Shown here: positions 53,670 through 63,737 of the stretch, piece after piece
How positions within the stretch are numbered: position 1 is the first letter of the stretch
Layout: each line of letters starts with the position of its first letter
NCBI GenBank assembly: GCA_942493075.1
Contig: OW818681.1
Location: 5,379,509 to 5,443,508, forward strand
Source of the DNA: an uncultured Verrucomicrobiota bacterium
Lineage (GTDB): Bacteria; Verrucomicrobiota; Verrucomicrobiia; Limisphaerales; UBA8199
Direction: 5' to 3'
DNA length: 64,000 nucleotides
Translations under genes and position numbers: made by a program
Notes under the pieces: model-generated
Database searches by the model: none
Seen by the model: the letters and a program-made list of their open reading frames with translations, nothing else
What the model was told of the DNA's origin: nothing

Positions 53670-54794
53670 ATGTCCTACTCAATGTCCGATCTGTTGCAGT
53701 TGGTAGTGTCGGAAGGTTCTTCCGACCTCCATATCCGCGTGGGCACGCCCCCCGTTATCCGGGTGCATGGCATTCTGCATCGCGTGGAGGGCCCCTCCCT
53801 GACCCCGGAAGATACTGAAGAACTGATGCGCAGCATCACCTCCGAAGATCACATCCAGCACGTGCGCGAGCGCGGTGGCGCTGACTTCGGGTTCGCGTTT
53901 GGCGAAGCAGCCCGCTTCCGCGTCAGCGTATTCAAAGAGAAGGGCCAATTTGGGTTGGTGCTTCGCCAAATTCCGAGCAAGTTGCTGACAATGGAGCAGA
54001 TCGGCATTCCAATGTCGGCCAAGGAGCTCCTGTATAAGCCTCGTGGACTCGTCCTTGTGACCGGGCCGACCGGTTCGGGCAAAACCACGACGCTGGCGTC
54101 GATGATCAACATCATCAACGAGGAGCGAGACGAAGCGCACATCATCACAATTGAGGACCCGATCGAGTACTACCACAAACACAAGAAGGCGCTCGTCACC
54201 CAGCGCGAGATCGGCGTGGACGTGCCGAACTTCGCCGAAGCGCTGAGGCGCGCGTTGCGCCAGGACCCGGACGTGATCCTGGTCGGTGAAATGCGCGATT
54301 TGGAAACGATCGATGCCGCTATCACAGCGGCGGAAACGGGCCACTTGGTGTTCGGCACGCTGCACACGACCGGTGCGGCAAAGACGATTGACCGTGTCGT
54401 CAACGCCTTCCCTACCAACCAGCAGGAGCAGATCCGTATTCAGCTTTCGACCGTATTGCAGGCGGTGATTTCGCAGTTGCTGATCCCGCGCGTGGACAAG
54501 CCCGGGCGGGCGGCTGTGTTCGAGATCATGGTTAACACACCTTCTATTGCGGCGCTGATTCGCGACAACAAGTCTTTCCGCATTCAGTCTGATATTCAAA
54601 CCGGCGCAAAGTATGGCATGGTGACGCTCGACAGCTTCCTGCTCGAGAAGTATCTGGCCGGCATGATTGCCCGTGATGAGGTCATCACCAAGGCGCAGGA
54701 TCCCATTACCATCCAGGCCAAACTCCAGGAACTGGAACTGGCCCAGGCAGTCGGAATTGACCCCAATGCGCAGCCGCCTGAAAAAGCTCAATAG
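53670..54794 (+). CDS. pilT: PilT-family twitching-motility (retraction) ATPase
   Basis: '[27 protein letters not shown]', '[15 protein letters not shown]', '[16 protein letters not shown]', '[13 protein letters not shown]' and the PilT-type C-terminus. Confidence 0.9.
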   Translation: MSYSMSDLLQLVVSEGSSDLHIRVGTPPVIRVHGILHRVEGPSLTPEDTEELMRSITSEDHIQHVRERGGADFGFAFGEAARFRVSVFKEKGQFGLVLRQIPSKLLTMEQIGIPMSAKELLYKPRGLVLVTGPTGSGKTTTLASMINIINEERDEAHIITIEDPIEYYHKHKKALVTQREIGVDVPNFAEALRRALRQDPDVILVGEMRDLETIDAAITAAETGHLVFGTLHTTGAAKTIDRVVNAFPTNQQEQIRIQLSTVLQAVISQLLIPRVDKPGRAAVFEIMVNTPSIAALIRDNKSFRIQSDIQTGAKYGMVTLDSFLLEKYLAGMIARDEVITKAQDPITIQAKLQELELAQAVGIDPNAQPPEKAQ

Positions 54795-54803
54795 TTTTTA
54801 GTT

Positions 54804-56525
54804 ATGGCCGAAGAAATCTCCAACCCGCTGCTCGCCCTGATCAAAAGCCAGGGCATGATCGATGACCTTCAGTACGAGGAGGTATCGGCCGAATTCAAGC
54901 GAAGTGGCAAACCCATCATCCAAATCCTCCAGGATTTTGGCGTGATGGATATTGATAGCATCCTTCAGGTGATTGCCAACCATCTCAGCACAGAGGTGGT
55001 CACGATCAACGAACGCAACTTAACGCCCGAAACCATCGCGAGCGTGCCCGCGAAGACTGCCCGGATGTACGAATGCGTGCCGGTCGCAATCTCCGGTTCA
55101 ACCCTGCAAATCGCCCTCTCCGACCCTCTGAACCCGGGGCGAGCCGATGAACTCAGCTATATCCTCAAAGGTAAAGACCTGCAGCTTGTCGTAGCGGACC
55201 CGGCGTCCATTCAAAAGATTATCGAGAAGATTTACCCCGAGGGGGATGGCGGCGGAGATAGTGTCTCGGACATTCTTAAAGAACTCGGGGCGGATCAGGA
55301 AATAGCCAAGGAAGTCAGCCACGTGGAGGTCACCGATGACGCCACGATCATGGAGAACCTGGCGAACGGTGCGCCGATTGTGCGATTCGTGAACCTGGTT
55401 GTGTTTCAGGCCGTTCAGGACCGGGCGAGTGATATCCATTTCGAGCCGTTCGAAACAGAATTCCGCATCCGTTACCGCGTGGACGGAGCCTTGTATGAGA
55501 TGTCTCCACCGCCCAAGCACCTTGCGCTGCCGGTCATCTCACGTATCAAGGTTATGGCGAACCTGAATATTTCGGAACGCCGTGTTCCCCAGGACGGTCG
55601 CATTAACTTCCCGCTGGGCGGCAACCGCTCCGTGGACTTGCGTGTTTCCACCTTGCCGACGCAATTCGGTGAATCTGTCGTGTTGCGCGTACTGGATCGC
55701 AGCGCGGTGAACCTGGAGATTGAGTCGCTGGGACTGCCCAAGTTCATTCACGAATACGTCAATGACGCAATCCTGCGTCCGAACGGCATTTTCGTCGTAA
55801 CCGGACCTACCGGCTGCGGCAAAACCACTACGCTTTACTCCTGCCTGCGCCGGGTCAACACCATGGATTCGAAGCTGCTCACAGCGGAAGATCCTGTGGA
55901 ATATGACATCGAAGGCATCATGCAGGTGGCCATTAATGAAGGGGTGGGCCTGACCTTCAGCAAAGCGCTCCGCTCCTTCCTTCGTCAAGATCCCGACATC
56001 ATCATGGTCGGTGAAATGCGCGATTTGGAAACCGCGCAGATCAGCATCCAGGCGTCATTGACTGGTCACTTGGTGCTGAGCACGCTGCACACCAACGATG
56101 CGCCAGGCGCCGTTACCCGTTTGATCGATATGGGTGTCGAGCCGTTCCTGATTTCTTCGACGCTTATGGGCGTGTTGGGACAACGGCTCGTGCGCCGCGT
56201 CTGCCGTGAGTGCCGCACACCGTTCGAACCCACAGAGACCCAGTTGGCCCTGTTAAACCTTTCTCCACACGATTTAGGCGAGAAGGTGTTCTATTACGGG
56301 CGTGGCTGCGGCACCTGCCATGATACAGGGTATAAAGGCCGAAAAGGCATTTTTGAGCTGATGGTTATTTCCGAAGCGATCCGCACCTTGATCAACGAGC
56401 GTGCACCGACTGTGGTGCTGCGTCAGAAATCCGTTGAGCTCGGAATGGTGACTCTCCGAGAAGACGGCATGCGCAGTATTTTCGACGGTGACACCACGAT
56501 TGAAGAAGTAGTGAAATACACTTAA
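54804..56525 (+). CDS. GspE/PilB-family type II/IV filament assembly ATPase (copy 2)
   Basis: T2SSE_N-like N-terminus '[19 protein letters not shown]'. Walker A is 'GPTGCGKTT'. '[12 protein letters not shown]', '[13 protein letters not shown]' and the tetracysteine 'CRECRTP...[13 protein letters not shown]' are present. Confidence 0.9.
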   Translation: MAEEISNPLLALIKSQGMIDDLQYEEVSAEFKRSGKPIIQILQDFGVMDIDSILQVIANHLSTEVVTINERNLTPETIASVPAKTARMYECVPVAISGSTLQIALSDPLNPGRADELSYILKGKDLQLVVADPASIQKIIEKIYPEGDGGGDSVSDILKELGADQEIAKEVSHVEVTDDATIMENLANGAPIVRFVNLVVFQAVQDRASDIHFEPFETEFRIRYRVDGALYEMSPPPKHLALPVISRIKVMANLNISERRVPQDGRINFPLGGNRSVDLRVSTLPTQFGESVVLRVLDRSAVNLEIESLGLPKFIHEYVNDAILRPNGIFVVTGPTGCGKTTTLYSCLRRVNTMDSKLLTAEDPVEYDIEGIMQVAINEGVGLTFSKALRSFLRQDPDIIMVGEMRDLETAQISIQASLTGHLVLSTLHTNDAPGAVTRLIDMGVEPFLISSTLMGVLGQRLVRRVCRECRTPFEPTETQLALLNLSPHDLGEKVFYYGRGCGTCHDTGYKGRKGIFELMVISEAIRTLINERAPTVVLRQKSVELGMVTLREDGMRSIFDGDTTIEEVVKYT

Positions 56526-56539
56526 ACAAAGGACCCGGT

Positions 56540-57844
56540 ATGCCAAAATACAATTACGTAGCCATGGATGCCCATGGCAAGGAAACCAAGGGCACACTCG
56601 AGGTAACCAGCCAGAACGAAGCCATCGCGCGCGTCAAGGAGATGAACTTGTTCCCCACGAAGATCGTGGAGGTGGACAAGCCCAAGGAAAAAGGCGCGGA
56701 TAAGAAAGCCCCGCTTAGAAAGGGTGCGAAGCCCGGGAAGAAGGGCCAGATGAACCTGAACATCAGGATCCCGGGGCTGGGCGGAAAAGTGAAGTCCAAG
56801 GTGTTGACTACTTTTACTCGCCAGTTGGCCACGCTGGTGGACGCCGGGTTGCCCTTATTGCGCGGTTTGCGCGTGCTGGAGAAGCAGGAACGCAACGCGA
56901 CTCTTAAGGGGATTATTGCTGAACTGGCCCTCTCAATCGAAGGTGGCAGCACCTTTTCCGAAGGCTTGGCTCAGCATCCGAAGGTTTTCGATCGTCTGTT
57001 CGTGAACATGGTAAAAGCCGGCGAATTGGGCGGTGTGCTTGAAGTCGTGCTTACACGCCTTTCCGAGTTCATGGAAAAGGCGCAGAAAATCAAAGGCAAG
57101 GTGGTCGCAGCCATGTTCTATCCAATCGCCGTGCTCGTTGTCGCGGTGGGCATTCTAATGATCCTGATGGTGAAGGTCATTCCCTCGTTCCGGACAGTGT
57201 TCGACGGCATGAACATGGAATTGCCAGGGTTCACAAAGCTTGTGCTGGGCATCAGCGAAGCGGTAAAAAACCATTTCGTCCAGGTGCTTATTGGCATGGC
57301 CGTTGTCTATGTGCTCTTCAAGTTGTTCACCAAAACAAAGTTCGGCCGGTATATGTGGGACAAGGTAAAACTCAAGATCCCGGCAGTCGGTCCTGTGGTC
57401 AGCAAGGTGGCCATCGCCCGCTTCACTCGTACCCTTGGGACTCTGGTCAGCAGCGGTGTGCCGATCTTGCAGGCGTTAACCATCGTGAAAGAAACGGCTG
57501 GTAATGTGATCATTGCCAATGCCGTTAATGCCGTTCACGAGAGCGTCAAAGAAGGTGAAACCATTACAGCGCCTCTGGAAGCTTCTGGAGTGTTCCCTCC
57601 AATGGTCATCTCCATGGTGGACGTCGGTGAGCAGACCGGTGCGCTCCCGGAAATGTTACTTAAAATCGCAGATAACTACGATGATGAGGTCGATAACGCG
57701 GTGGCCGCCATGACCTCCCTGTTGGAACCGATTATGATCGTGTTCCTGGCGGTGATCGTCGGCAGTATCGTCATCGCGATGTTCATGCCCCTGATCTCGA
57801 TGATGAACAACGTCGGTGACAGTAGCGGCGGCAAAGAAGAGTAG
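56540..57844 (+). CDS. pilC: PilC/GspF-family platform protein
   Basis: Two T2SSF repeats ('FTRQLATLVDAGLPLLRGL' and 'FTRTLGTLVSSGVPILQAL'), 3-4 TM segments, and a Lys-rich insertion after the N-terminal domain. Confidence 0.9.
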   Translation: MPKYNYVAMDAHGKETKGTLEVTSQNEAIARVKEMNLFPTKIVEVDKPKEKGADKKAPLRKGAKPGKKGQMNLNIRIPGLGGKVKSKVLTTFTRQLATLVDAGLPLLRGLRVLEKQERNATLKGIIAELALSIEGGSTFSEGLAQHPKVFDRLFVNMVKAGELGGVLEVVLTRLSEFMEKAQKIKGKVVAAMFYPIAVLVVAVGILMILMVKVIPSFRTVFDGMNMELPGFTKLVLGISEAVKNHFVQVLIGMAVVYVLFKLFTKTKFGRYMWDKVKLKIPAVGPVVSKVAIARFTRTLGTLVSSGVPILQALTIVKETAGNVIIANAVNAVHESVKEGETITAPLEASGVFPPMVISMVDVGEQTGALPEMLLKIADNYDDEVDNAVAAMTSLLEPIMIVFLAVIVGSIVIAMFMPLISMMNNVGDSSGGKEE

Positions 57845-57858
57845 GCTTTCATTGCACC

Positions 57859-57894
57859 AACCGGCCAGGCCCTTTCAGCCTGGCCGGTTTTTTG
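57859..57894 (+). terminator. strong rho-independent terminator ending the pil operon
   Basis: 12-bp stem AACCGGCCAGGC/GCCTGGCCGGTT with loop CCTTTCA, followed by T6. Confidence 0.9.
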
Positions 57895-57932
57895 TACCTG
57901 GCAGGCAATCCGCTTGTCGGCAGGCCTGTTCC

Positions 57933-58571
57933 ATGGAAACCTTCCGTGTGTCTGTAACGGTCAAAATCTGTGGAATTACGAATTCTGGGGATGCGGAAGC
58001 AGCCGTAAACGCGGGTGCGAACGCTCTCGGGTTCATCTTTTATCCCCGTAGCCCTCGAGCCGTAACGCTAACTCAGGCAAGCAGCATCTGCCGCACGCTG
58101 CCCGGACATTTGGCCAGAGTAGGCGTGTTTGTCAATGCGTCACCAAACGAGGTCCACGAAGCTTCGGCTGTGTGCGGACTGAACATTCTCCAGTTCCATG
58201 GCGATGAGTCCCCGGAGTATTGCGGCCAGTTCGGGCTAATGACCATGAAAGCTTTCAGGGTGCGAGATCGCGAGACTCTTGCCACCCTGCCCCGTTTCGC
58301 CACCCATGCCTGGCTGTTGGATGCCTATAATCCCGTCCAACTGGGTGGCAGTGGAGAGACCTTCGATTGGCAGCTAGCCGTCGCTGCCAATCAACTGGGA
58401 AGGCCCATATTCCTGGCGGGTGGCCTGACACCCGAGAACGTTGCTCAAGCCATCCAGCAGGTAAAACCGTTCGGCGTCGATGTTTCCAGCGGGGTCGAAA
58501 TCGCCCCTGGCCGCAAGGACCACGAGAGGATCAGAGCCTTCGTGGCTGCGGCGAAAAGCGTCGATTACTGA
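57933..58571 (+). CDS. trpF: phosphoribosylanthranilate isomerase
   Basis: Start moved to ATG 57933. 'VKICGIT', 'GANALGFIFYPRSPR', 'LQFHGDE', 'LLDAYNPVQLGGSGETFDW' and 'FLAGGLTPENV'. Confidence 0.85.
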   Translation: METFRVSVTVKICGITNSGDAEAAVNAGANALGFIFYPRSPRAVTLTQASSICRTLPGHLARVGVFVNASPNEVHEASAVCGLNILQFHGDESPEYCGQFGLMTMKAFRVRDRETLATLPRFATHAWLLDAYNPVQLGGSGETFDWQLAVAANQLGRPIFLAGGLTPENVAQAIQQVKPFGVDVSSGVEIAPGRKDHERIRAFVAAAKSVDY

Positions 58572-59554
58572 CTGATCCGCTGCACCAGCCAATCTTCAAA
58601 CGCCTGTTGATCCTTCCATCCGGTGGCAACGCGGCAGACCGGTGCTTTGGGATCAATCAGGGTGAAGCCGTCATCGGTCACCTTGAGCCCAAGCGGCTCA
58701 ATCGTGCACAATTCCTCAGTCACTGCCAGGTAAGCAGCCACGCAATCAAATAAGGTGCTCGACCGGTTGTTGACCGCTTCACCTTCGAACCCTTTGCGAT
58801 CCTGAGCCCATATACGGTAGTTGACAAGGATGTCACTGGCGATACCACCCCGGCTCTTCCGAATCTTCTGAAACTCCTCGCCATCCAGCACGATCAAGCC
58901 ACATGTATCCAAAGGCGTGATGGTCTTTGTCCATGGTGCTTCGAAGACCGTCCGGCAGGCTTTGGGCGCGACTTTTACATTCCATTCGGGATCGATTTTG
59001 GTTTTGCCGCCATAACCTTTGCGGACACTCCCGTGCATGCCTACAAACACTGCTTTTTGAGCGATGCGTGGCTCTTGAGCCAGTGCGGCCTCAATGTTTG
59101 AAAGCGGGCCGATTGCCAGCAAAGTGACGGGCTCTGGCGATTTCATAATGGTATCGATGAGCGCGGCTACGCCGTTGGTGAACACGCGCCCGGGATAGGA
59201 TTTGAGATCGTAATCCCGAATCCATTCAAGCTGTGAATCGCGCCCAGCCGCTTCTGGCACTTCCCTTCCAATCCCAACTGGAATGTCTGTGCGACCGGCG
59301 CGCTGGAGAAACTTGGCCAGAATCTTCGCGCGATACTCGGGTTTTCCGTAGTCGCCCACCACAAGCTTCACATCGAGTTCAGGGGAATTCAGCACCAGGC
59401 CCAATGCCCAGGTGTCATCAATATCATCCCCGATGTCGGTATCCAAAATTACCGGTATTCTTTTTTTGGGTGAATCCTTGGCAGCCCAGGCCGAGAGCGA
59501 ACAGAGCAGCACACCACAAAGCAGGACCAGTCCGAATTTCGTGCATGTTTTCAT
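58565..59554 (-). CDS. secreted nucleoside hydrolase (IUNH family)
   Basis: Signal peptide, then 'IPVILDTDIGDDIDDTWALGLVL' (the DXDXXXDD fingerprint). The 3' end overlaps trpF convergently by 7 nt. Confidence 0.85.
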   Translation of the reverse strand: MKTCTKFGLVLLCGVLLCSLSAWAAKDSPKKRIPVILDTDIGDDIDDTWALGLVLNSPELDVKLVVGDYGKPEYRAKILAKFLQRAGRTDIPVGIGREVPEAAGRDSQLEWIRDYDLKSYPGRVFTNGVAALIDTIMKSPEPVTLLAIGPLSNIEAALAQEPRIAQKAVFVGMHGSVRKGYGGKTKIDPEWNVKVAPKACRTVFEAPWTKTITPLDTCGLIVLDGEEFQKIRKSRGGIASDILVNYRIWAQDRKGFEGEAVNNRSSTLFDCVAAYLAVTEELCTIEPLGLKVTDDGFTLIDPKAPVCRVATGWKDQQAFEDWLVQRISQ

Positions 59555-60408
59555 AAATTGCCGGCAAACGGATTGCCTTTAACTGACACCCCGGAGATCT
59601 GGGGTAAACAGTAAATCCCACCTGCCATATAAAGCCATCCGACTAGAAAATGAATTCCCCATCCGGCGAGCAATTCCAGCAGGTTGAGGGAGCCCAGACC
59701 GTAAAGCACAACCAGACACCCCAGGAGGGCGGCGCCAGGCAGCATCGCAGCGCCGGCCAACCGCCAGCCGATGCCAAAGCCCGCGGTTCGATTAGCGAAA
59801 AATGCGAGCAGACAAATGGGCCCGGCGTATAGCAACGCCAGAAGAGCCCAACTGATCAGCAAGCCGGCCATTGATCCCAGGACAAGCAGCGCCAAACCCG
59901 GGGGCGCCCAAGCCCCCCACCATGGTTCAACCTCAGGCTGGTTAAAGGCAACGACGACACCCTCTGGATATGGAAGCGTGAAAGCTCCGAAGATGGAAAT
60001 CAGGAGAACGCTTTGGCGGCCAAACTCGACCAGGACATGAGCGGGAGCACGGGCCTGTCCCGAGTGCTCAGGATCAACAGAAATGGCAAGCAGACGGTGC
60101 TCCGCCAGGACCTGGGGAGCACGTCCGCCCCAATGCAACTCGCCTTGCCGGATCTCACCTTCCGCAGGGAGTTGTTTTACGGCCGCGGTGATTTGTGGAA
60201 AATAATTAGCCCCAACGAACCAAGCGATGGCAGCGGCAACCAAGGCCGCCATCGCCACTTGAAAGACAAAGAGCCTTAGGAAGGACGCCTGTGCGAAGGC
60301 AGCTACCCCTCCTGGAGTAAACGGCTGCCAGGCGCATGGCTCGTCCGGCTCCTCTGGGCCAGAGTTGGCTGCCTGCGTCGGTGCGCCGCCTGCCTCCTCT
60401 GCGACCAT
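59551..60408 (-). CDS. hypothetical polytopic membrane protein
   Basis: 285 aa with at least 5 hydrophobic helices. 4-nt overlap with the downstream gene and a 3-nt gap to the upstream gene. No family was recognised. Confidence 0.6.
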   Translation of the reverse strand: MVAEEAGGAPTQAANSGPEEPDEPCAWQPFTPGGVAAFAQASFLRLFVFQVAMAALVAAAIAWFVGANYFPQITAAVKQLPAEGEIRQGELHWGGRAPQVLAEHRLLAISVDPEHSGQARAPAHVLVEFGRQSVLLISIFGAFTLPYPEGVVVAFNQPEVEPWWGAWAPPGLALLVLGSMAGLLISWALLALLYAGPICLLAFFANRTAGFGIGWRLAGAAMLPGAALLGCLVVLYGLGSLNLLELLAGWGIHFLVGWLYMAGGIYCLPQISGVSVKGNPFAGNL

Positions 60409-60411
60409 AAA

Positions 60412-60873
60412 TCAAACTCCCTGGGCTGGCTGATCTCCCGAAGGCACCTGGGGCTGACCCGGTTGCTGGCCCTGCGGTGGCGCCAGAATCACGGGCACCG
60501 GGTAACGCAGTTTCATCACGTCATCCACCAGCACCTCCACATAGTAAGTGCCGGGAACCTTAAATTCGATCTGCGCGAACATCGTCACGTTCGTCGCGTG
60601 CATTCCCGCATCCTGGAGCGCGAATTTCACTTCGCCTTTTCGCAACAGGGTGGTTTGGTCTGGTCCCACCAGGCGTGTGGTTTCGGTGAACTGGCCAACA
60701 CCCGCGGTCCAACGGTTGAACACCGCCAGCTTGAGGGCCACAACAGGCAACTGGGGCACGCGGATGAAATTGATCACTCCGATCAGGAAGAAGTTGCCGG
60801 TAACTTCCTGACGGACTTCCTCGCACACCAGCGAGCATTGAAGGTCAGGCAAAATTCGTGTTGGTTGCATCAT
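60412..60873 (-). CDS. hypothetical beta-rich protein with a Pro/Gln-rich tail (possibly DUF6941-like, uncertain)
   Basis: 153-aa ORF 9 nt downstream of folD. 'CSLVCEEVRQEVTGNFFLIGVI...FNRWTAG.GQFTETTRLVGPD' and the tail 'PPQGQQPGQPQVPSGDQPAQGV' are present. Confidence 0.6.
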   Translation of the reverse strand: MMQPTRILPDLQCSLVCEEVRQEVTGNFFLIGVINFIRVPQLPVVALKLAVFNRWTAGVGQFTETTRLVGPDQTTLLRKGEVKFALQDAGMHATNVTMFAQIEFKVPGTYYVEVLVDDVMKLRYPVPVILAPPQGQQPGQPQVPSGDQPAQGV

Positions 60874-60882
60874 AATTGTTTG

Positions 60883-61773
60883 TTAGGCGCTGGCGGTTTC
60901 CGCCGCCCTCACCGTGTTGTGCATCAGCATCGCGATCGTCATAGGGCCCACGCCGCCGGGGTTGGGCGTGATCAATCCAGCTTTGGGCTGCACGGCTGCG
61001 AAATCAACGTCTCCTACGAGGCGCGACCCCGTTTTAGCTGTGGGATCACTCACCCGGTTAACCCCCACATCGATCACCACTGCCCCGGGTTTGACCATAT
61101 CAGCCTTCACAAACTCGGCCACCCCCATCGCAGCAATTAAAATATCGGCTCTGCGGCAATGTGCCCCAATGTCGCGCGTTGCTGAATGACATATCGTGAC
61201 GGTGGCGTTGGCGTGTTTGTCCTTCTGACAAAGCAGTGCGGTCATGGGTTTGCCCACGATGTTGCCGCGCCCCAGCACCGCCACCTCGGCCCCGCTGGTC
61301 TTCACCTGGGAACGCACCAACAACTCCCGGATACCTCCAGGGGTGCATGGCACAAACCCCGTGGTGTCGCCCAGCATCAGCTTTCCGACATTGACCGGGT
61401 GAAACCCATCGACGTCTTTTTCGGGGAGCACGGAGGCGTAGATGACTTCCTGGCGAATTTGCTTCGGCAAGGGAGCTTGCACGAGGATGCCGTGCAAACT
61501 TGAATTCTGGTTGAGCTGCCTGATGAGCTTCAGTAAATCAGCTTCGGAGGTGGCCTCCGGCAGCACATGCGTTTCCGATAGGATGCCTAGCTCGGCGCAC
61601 GTCTTCTCTTTTCGTCCAACGTAAACTTTTGAGGCCGGATCTTCACCGACTCGCACGAAAGCCAAGCCCGGCTGAATCCCCCGGGAAGCCAAATGGGCGA
61701 TCCGCCCGCGCAGCTCACTCTGTAACTGCGCGGCAATCGCCCGCCCGTCGATCAAGTTGCCAGCGGCACCCAT
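60883..61773 (-). CDS. folD: bifunctional methylenetetrahydrofolate dehydrogenase / methenyl-THF cyclohydrolase
   Basis: 'LAFVRVGEDPASKVYV', 'HGILVQAPLP', 'DVDGFHPVNVG', 'VLGRGNIVGKPM' and 'PGGVGPMTIAML'. Confidence 0.95.
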   Translation of the reverse strand: MGAAGNLIDGRAIAAQLQSELRGRIAHLASRGIQPGLAFVRVGEDPASKVYVGRKEKTCAELGILSETHVLPEATSEADLLKLIRQLNQNSSLHGILVQAPLPKQIRQEVIYASVLPEKDVDGFHPVNVGKLMLGDTTGFVPCTPGGIRELLVRSQVKTSGAEVAVLGRGNIVGKPMTALLCQKDKHANATVTICHSATRDIGAHCRRADILIAAMGVAEFVKADMVKPGAVVIDVGVNRVSDPTAKTGSRLVGDVDFAAVQPKAGLITPNPGGVGPMTIAMLMHNTVRAAETASA

Positions 61774-62940
61774 TTATTCCACCACTTCGATTTTATCGAT
61801 AGTCAGCACTGGAGTATTTCCCCAGCGCTCTTCCAAGCCTTCCTCGCCAGTCACGATGACTTGCATACCTTTGAACCGGCGCAGGTCCAGCTCAGGGCTT
61901 GGGCTGATGAGGTAATTAATCAACTGCTTGGTGTCTGGGCTAACCAGGGAGAAATAGCTGGGTGCCTGGATGCTCACCGTTCCGCGCACCAATCCTTCGC
62001 GCTGGACAATCCGGCGAGGTGGCGGCTCGTCGGCTACAGGAGCCTCGGTCGTGGTTTCAGGGGCTATTGGCTCAACAGAAGGCGTCTCGGGTGCCGGGAC
62101 CGCAGGCTCGGGTGCAGGCACAACTGGCTGGCCAACCGGAGCATCGGCCATGGCTGGCGCCTCGGGCACGGGGGCAGGCTCGGCTGGAGCGGGCGTTGGC
62201 TCTGGCTTCTTAGTATCAGCAATCTCTGGAGGAACAGGTGTTGCTTCTGATTTTAGATACTGTGCAGCCACAAAGGCATATGCATTGGTGGGAGTCTCAA
62301 TTTTGATCCAGTCACCTTTGGTATCGATCGCTGTGAAATCGGTGCCTTTTTCGAGACGTCCAAGAACGCTGTAGTTTTCGCCCGGACCTCCGCGCATGTT
62401 AATCCGAGTCGATGTCGTGTTCTTGTTTGTGTCCACGAAGAGTGCGCTGATCCAGACGGGACGCTCAGAAGGCAATTGGATTTTGGCCCAGGCGGATGGC
62501 TCATCCGGGCCGGAGTTGGTCAGGATGATCTCTTCCAGGACAACCACATTCTCTCCCTTGGAGAGGCGGGTCAGCACCTCGCTGTTGAGCTTGGCTTGCC
62601 CACGGACATTGACGTTGCTGGCGATGACGGTGGCAGGCCCCATCGTGAGAGGCTCTGTGCGGGTCACGGCGTAGGAGGGCTTGGCGGCGGCCTTAGCCTT
62701 GGGCGCAGGCACTGCGCTGGCGGGTTTCCTGGCGCGTTTCTTCTTTTTGGAGACCGCAGGTTTCGCAGGCGCGTTTGTCTTCGCGTCAGACAGGGCTGGC
62801 GCGCCATTCGTCGCTGCCGGAACAGCAGGCAGTGCCGGAGGAGCAGATACCGGCGCGGCGGGCGGCACATTTGATAATTGCTGGGCAAAAAGATTCCCTG
62901 CGAGCAAAAGACCCACAAGCAGCCAACACTTTGTTTTCAT
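61774..62940 (-). CDS. secreted SH3b-domain protein with Pro/Ala-rich linkers
   Basis: Start moved to ATG 62940, giving the signal peptide 'MKTKCWLLVGLLLAGNLFAQQ'. Two SH3_3-like segments are present ('NVNVRGQAKLNSEVLTRLSKGENVVVLE' and 'RINMRGGPGENYSVLGRLEKGTDFTAIDTKGDWIKI'). Confidence 0.75.
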   Translation of the reverse strand: MKTKCWLLVGLLLAGNLFAQQLSNVPPAAPVSAPPALPAVPAATNGAPALSDAKTNAPAKPAVSKKKKRARKPASAVPAPKAKAAAKPSYAVTRTEPLTMGPATVIASNVNVRGQAKLNSEVLTRLSKGENVVVLEEIILTNSGPDEPSAWAKIQLPSERPVWISALFVDTNKNTTSTRINMRGGPGENYSVLGRLEKGTDFTAIDTKGDWIKIETPTNAYAFVAAQYLKSEATPVPPEIADTKKPEPTPAPAEPAPVPEAPAMADAPVGQPVVPAPEPAVPAPETPSVEPIAPETTTEAPVADEPPPRRIVQREGLVRGTVSIQAPSYFSLVSPDTKQLINYLISPSPELDLRRFKGMQVIVTGEEGLEERWGNTPVLTIDKIEVVE

Positions 62941-63650
62941 AACGTTCCCGTAAGTAGAGATTTTATCTCGGGCGCTGTCAATGTCCGCCATTTGCCAGTT
63001 TTCAATTCTCCGAGCTTGATTTTTCCGATCTGGAGGCGTTGGAGGCGTTTGACGGTGCGTCCCTGAGATTCAAAAAGGCGCCGAACTTCCCGGTATTTGC
63101 CCTCTGCGAGCTCGAGCTCAACAACGCTTTGAGTTGAGCTGGCGGAGATTAAAACGGCTTTTTTGGCCTGAAATTTTTCACCTTCGTACCAGAGGCCGCG
63201 AGTGAAGCGCTCCAGTATTTCCGGATCGACTTTACCCTCAACGGTGGCCAGATATTTCTTATGCACCCCGTAGCGTGGATGGGTAAGGTGTAGGGTGAAG
63301 TCTCCGTCGTTTGTAAGGAAAATGAGCCCCTCGCTGTTAAAATCGAGGCGTCCAACAGAATGCAGATGCCCGTATTCACGGGGAAGCAAATCGTAGATGG
63401 TGGGACGATTGCGCTCGTCGTTTCTCGAGCACACCAAGCCTTTGGGCTTGTTCAGCGCGAGATACATCTTGCGCTTCACCCGGACTGGCCTGCCATCCAC
63501 GACAACTTTGTCGTGGTCAGGATCCACTTTTGCACCCAGCTCAGTGACGAGGTGGCCGTTGACGGCCACCAAGCCCGCGCGAATCAGTTGCTCGCCCGCA
63601 CGCCGCGAGCTAATACCGGCATCCGCTAGGAATTTCTGCAACCGAATCAC
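62937..63650 (-). CDS. rluB: RsuA/RluB-family pseudouridine synthase with an S4 domain
   Basis: GTG start. The S4 domain is 'IRLQKFLADAGISSRRAGEQLIRAGLVAVNG'. The catalytic motif is 'GRLDFNSEGLIFLTNDG'. 'YLATVEG' is also present. Confidence 0.85.
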   Translation of the reverse strand: MIRLQKFLADAGISSRRAGEQLIRAGLVAVNGHLVTELGAKVDPDHDKVVVDGRPVRVKRKMYLALNKPKGLVCSRNDERNRPTIYDLLPREYGHLHSVGRLDFNSEGLIFLTNDGDFTLHLTHPRYGVHKKYLATVEGKVDPEILERFTRGLWYEGEKFQAKKAVLISASSTQSVVELELAEGKYREVRRLFESQGRTVKRLQRLQIGKIKLGELKTGKWRTLTAPEIKSLLTGTL

Positions 63651-63737
63651 AGGTGCATTGCTGAAAAACCAAAACCCGAATCAGACCCGCCTGACGCGTG
63701 CCAGATTCGGACTTTGGTCTCAGCCGTTAAATTGTAA

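Noticed and set aside
53679-54791. A 370-aa stop-free antisense ORF spans almost exactly the whole pilT gene.
   Set aside because: The translation is low-complexity and Arg/Leu/Gln-rich with no recognisable motifs, whereas the sense strand encodes a textbook PilT. It is a shadow ORF typical of GC-rich codon usage.
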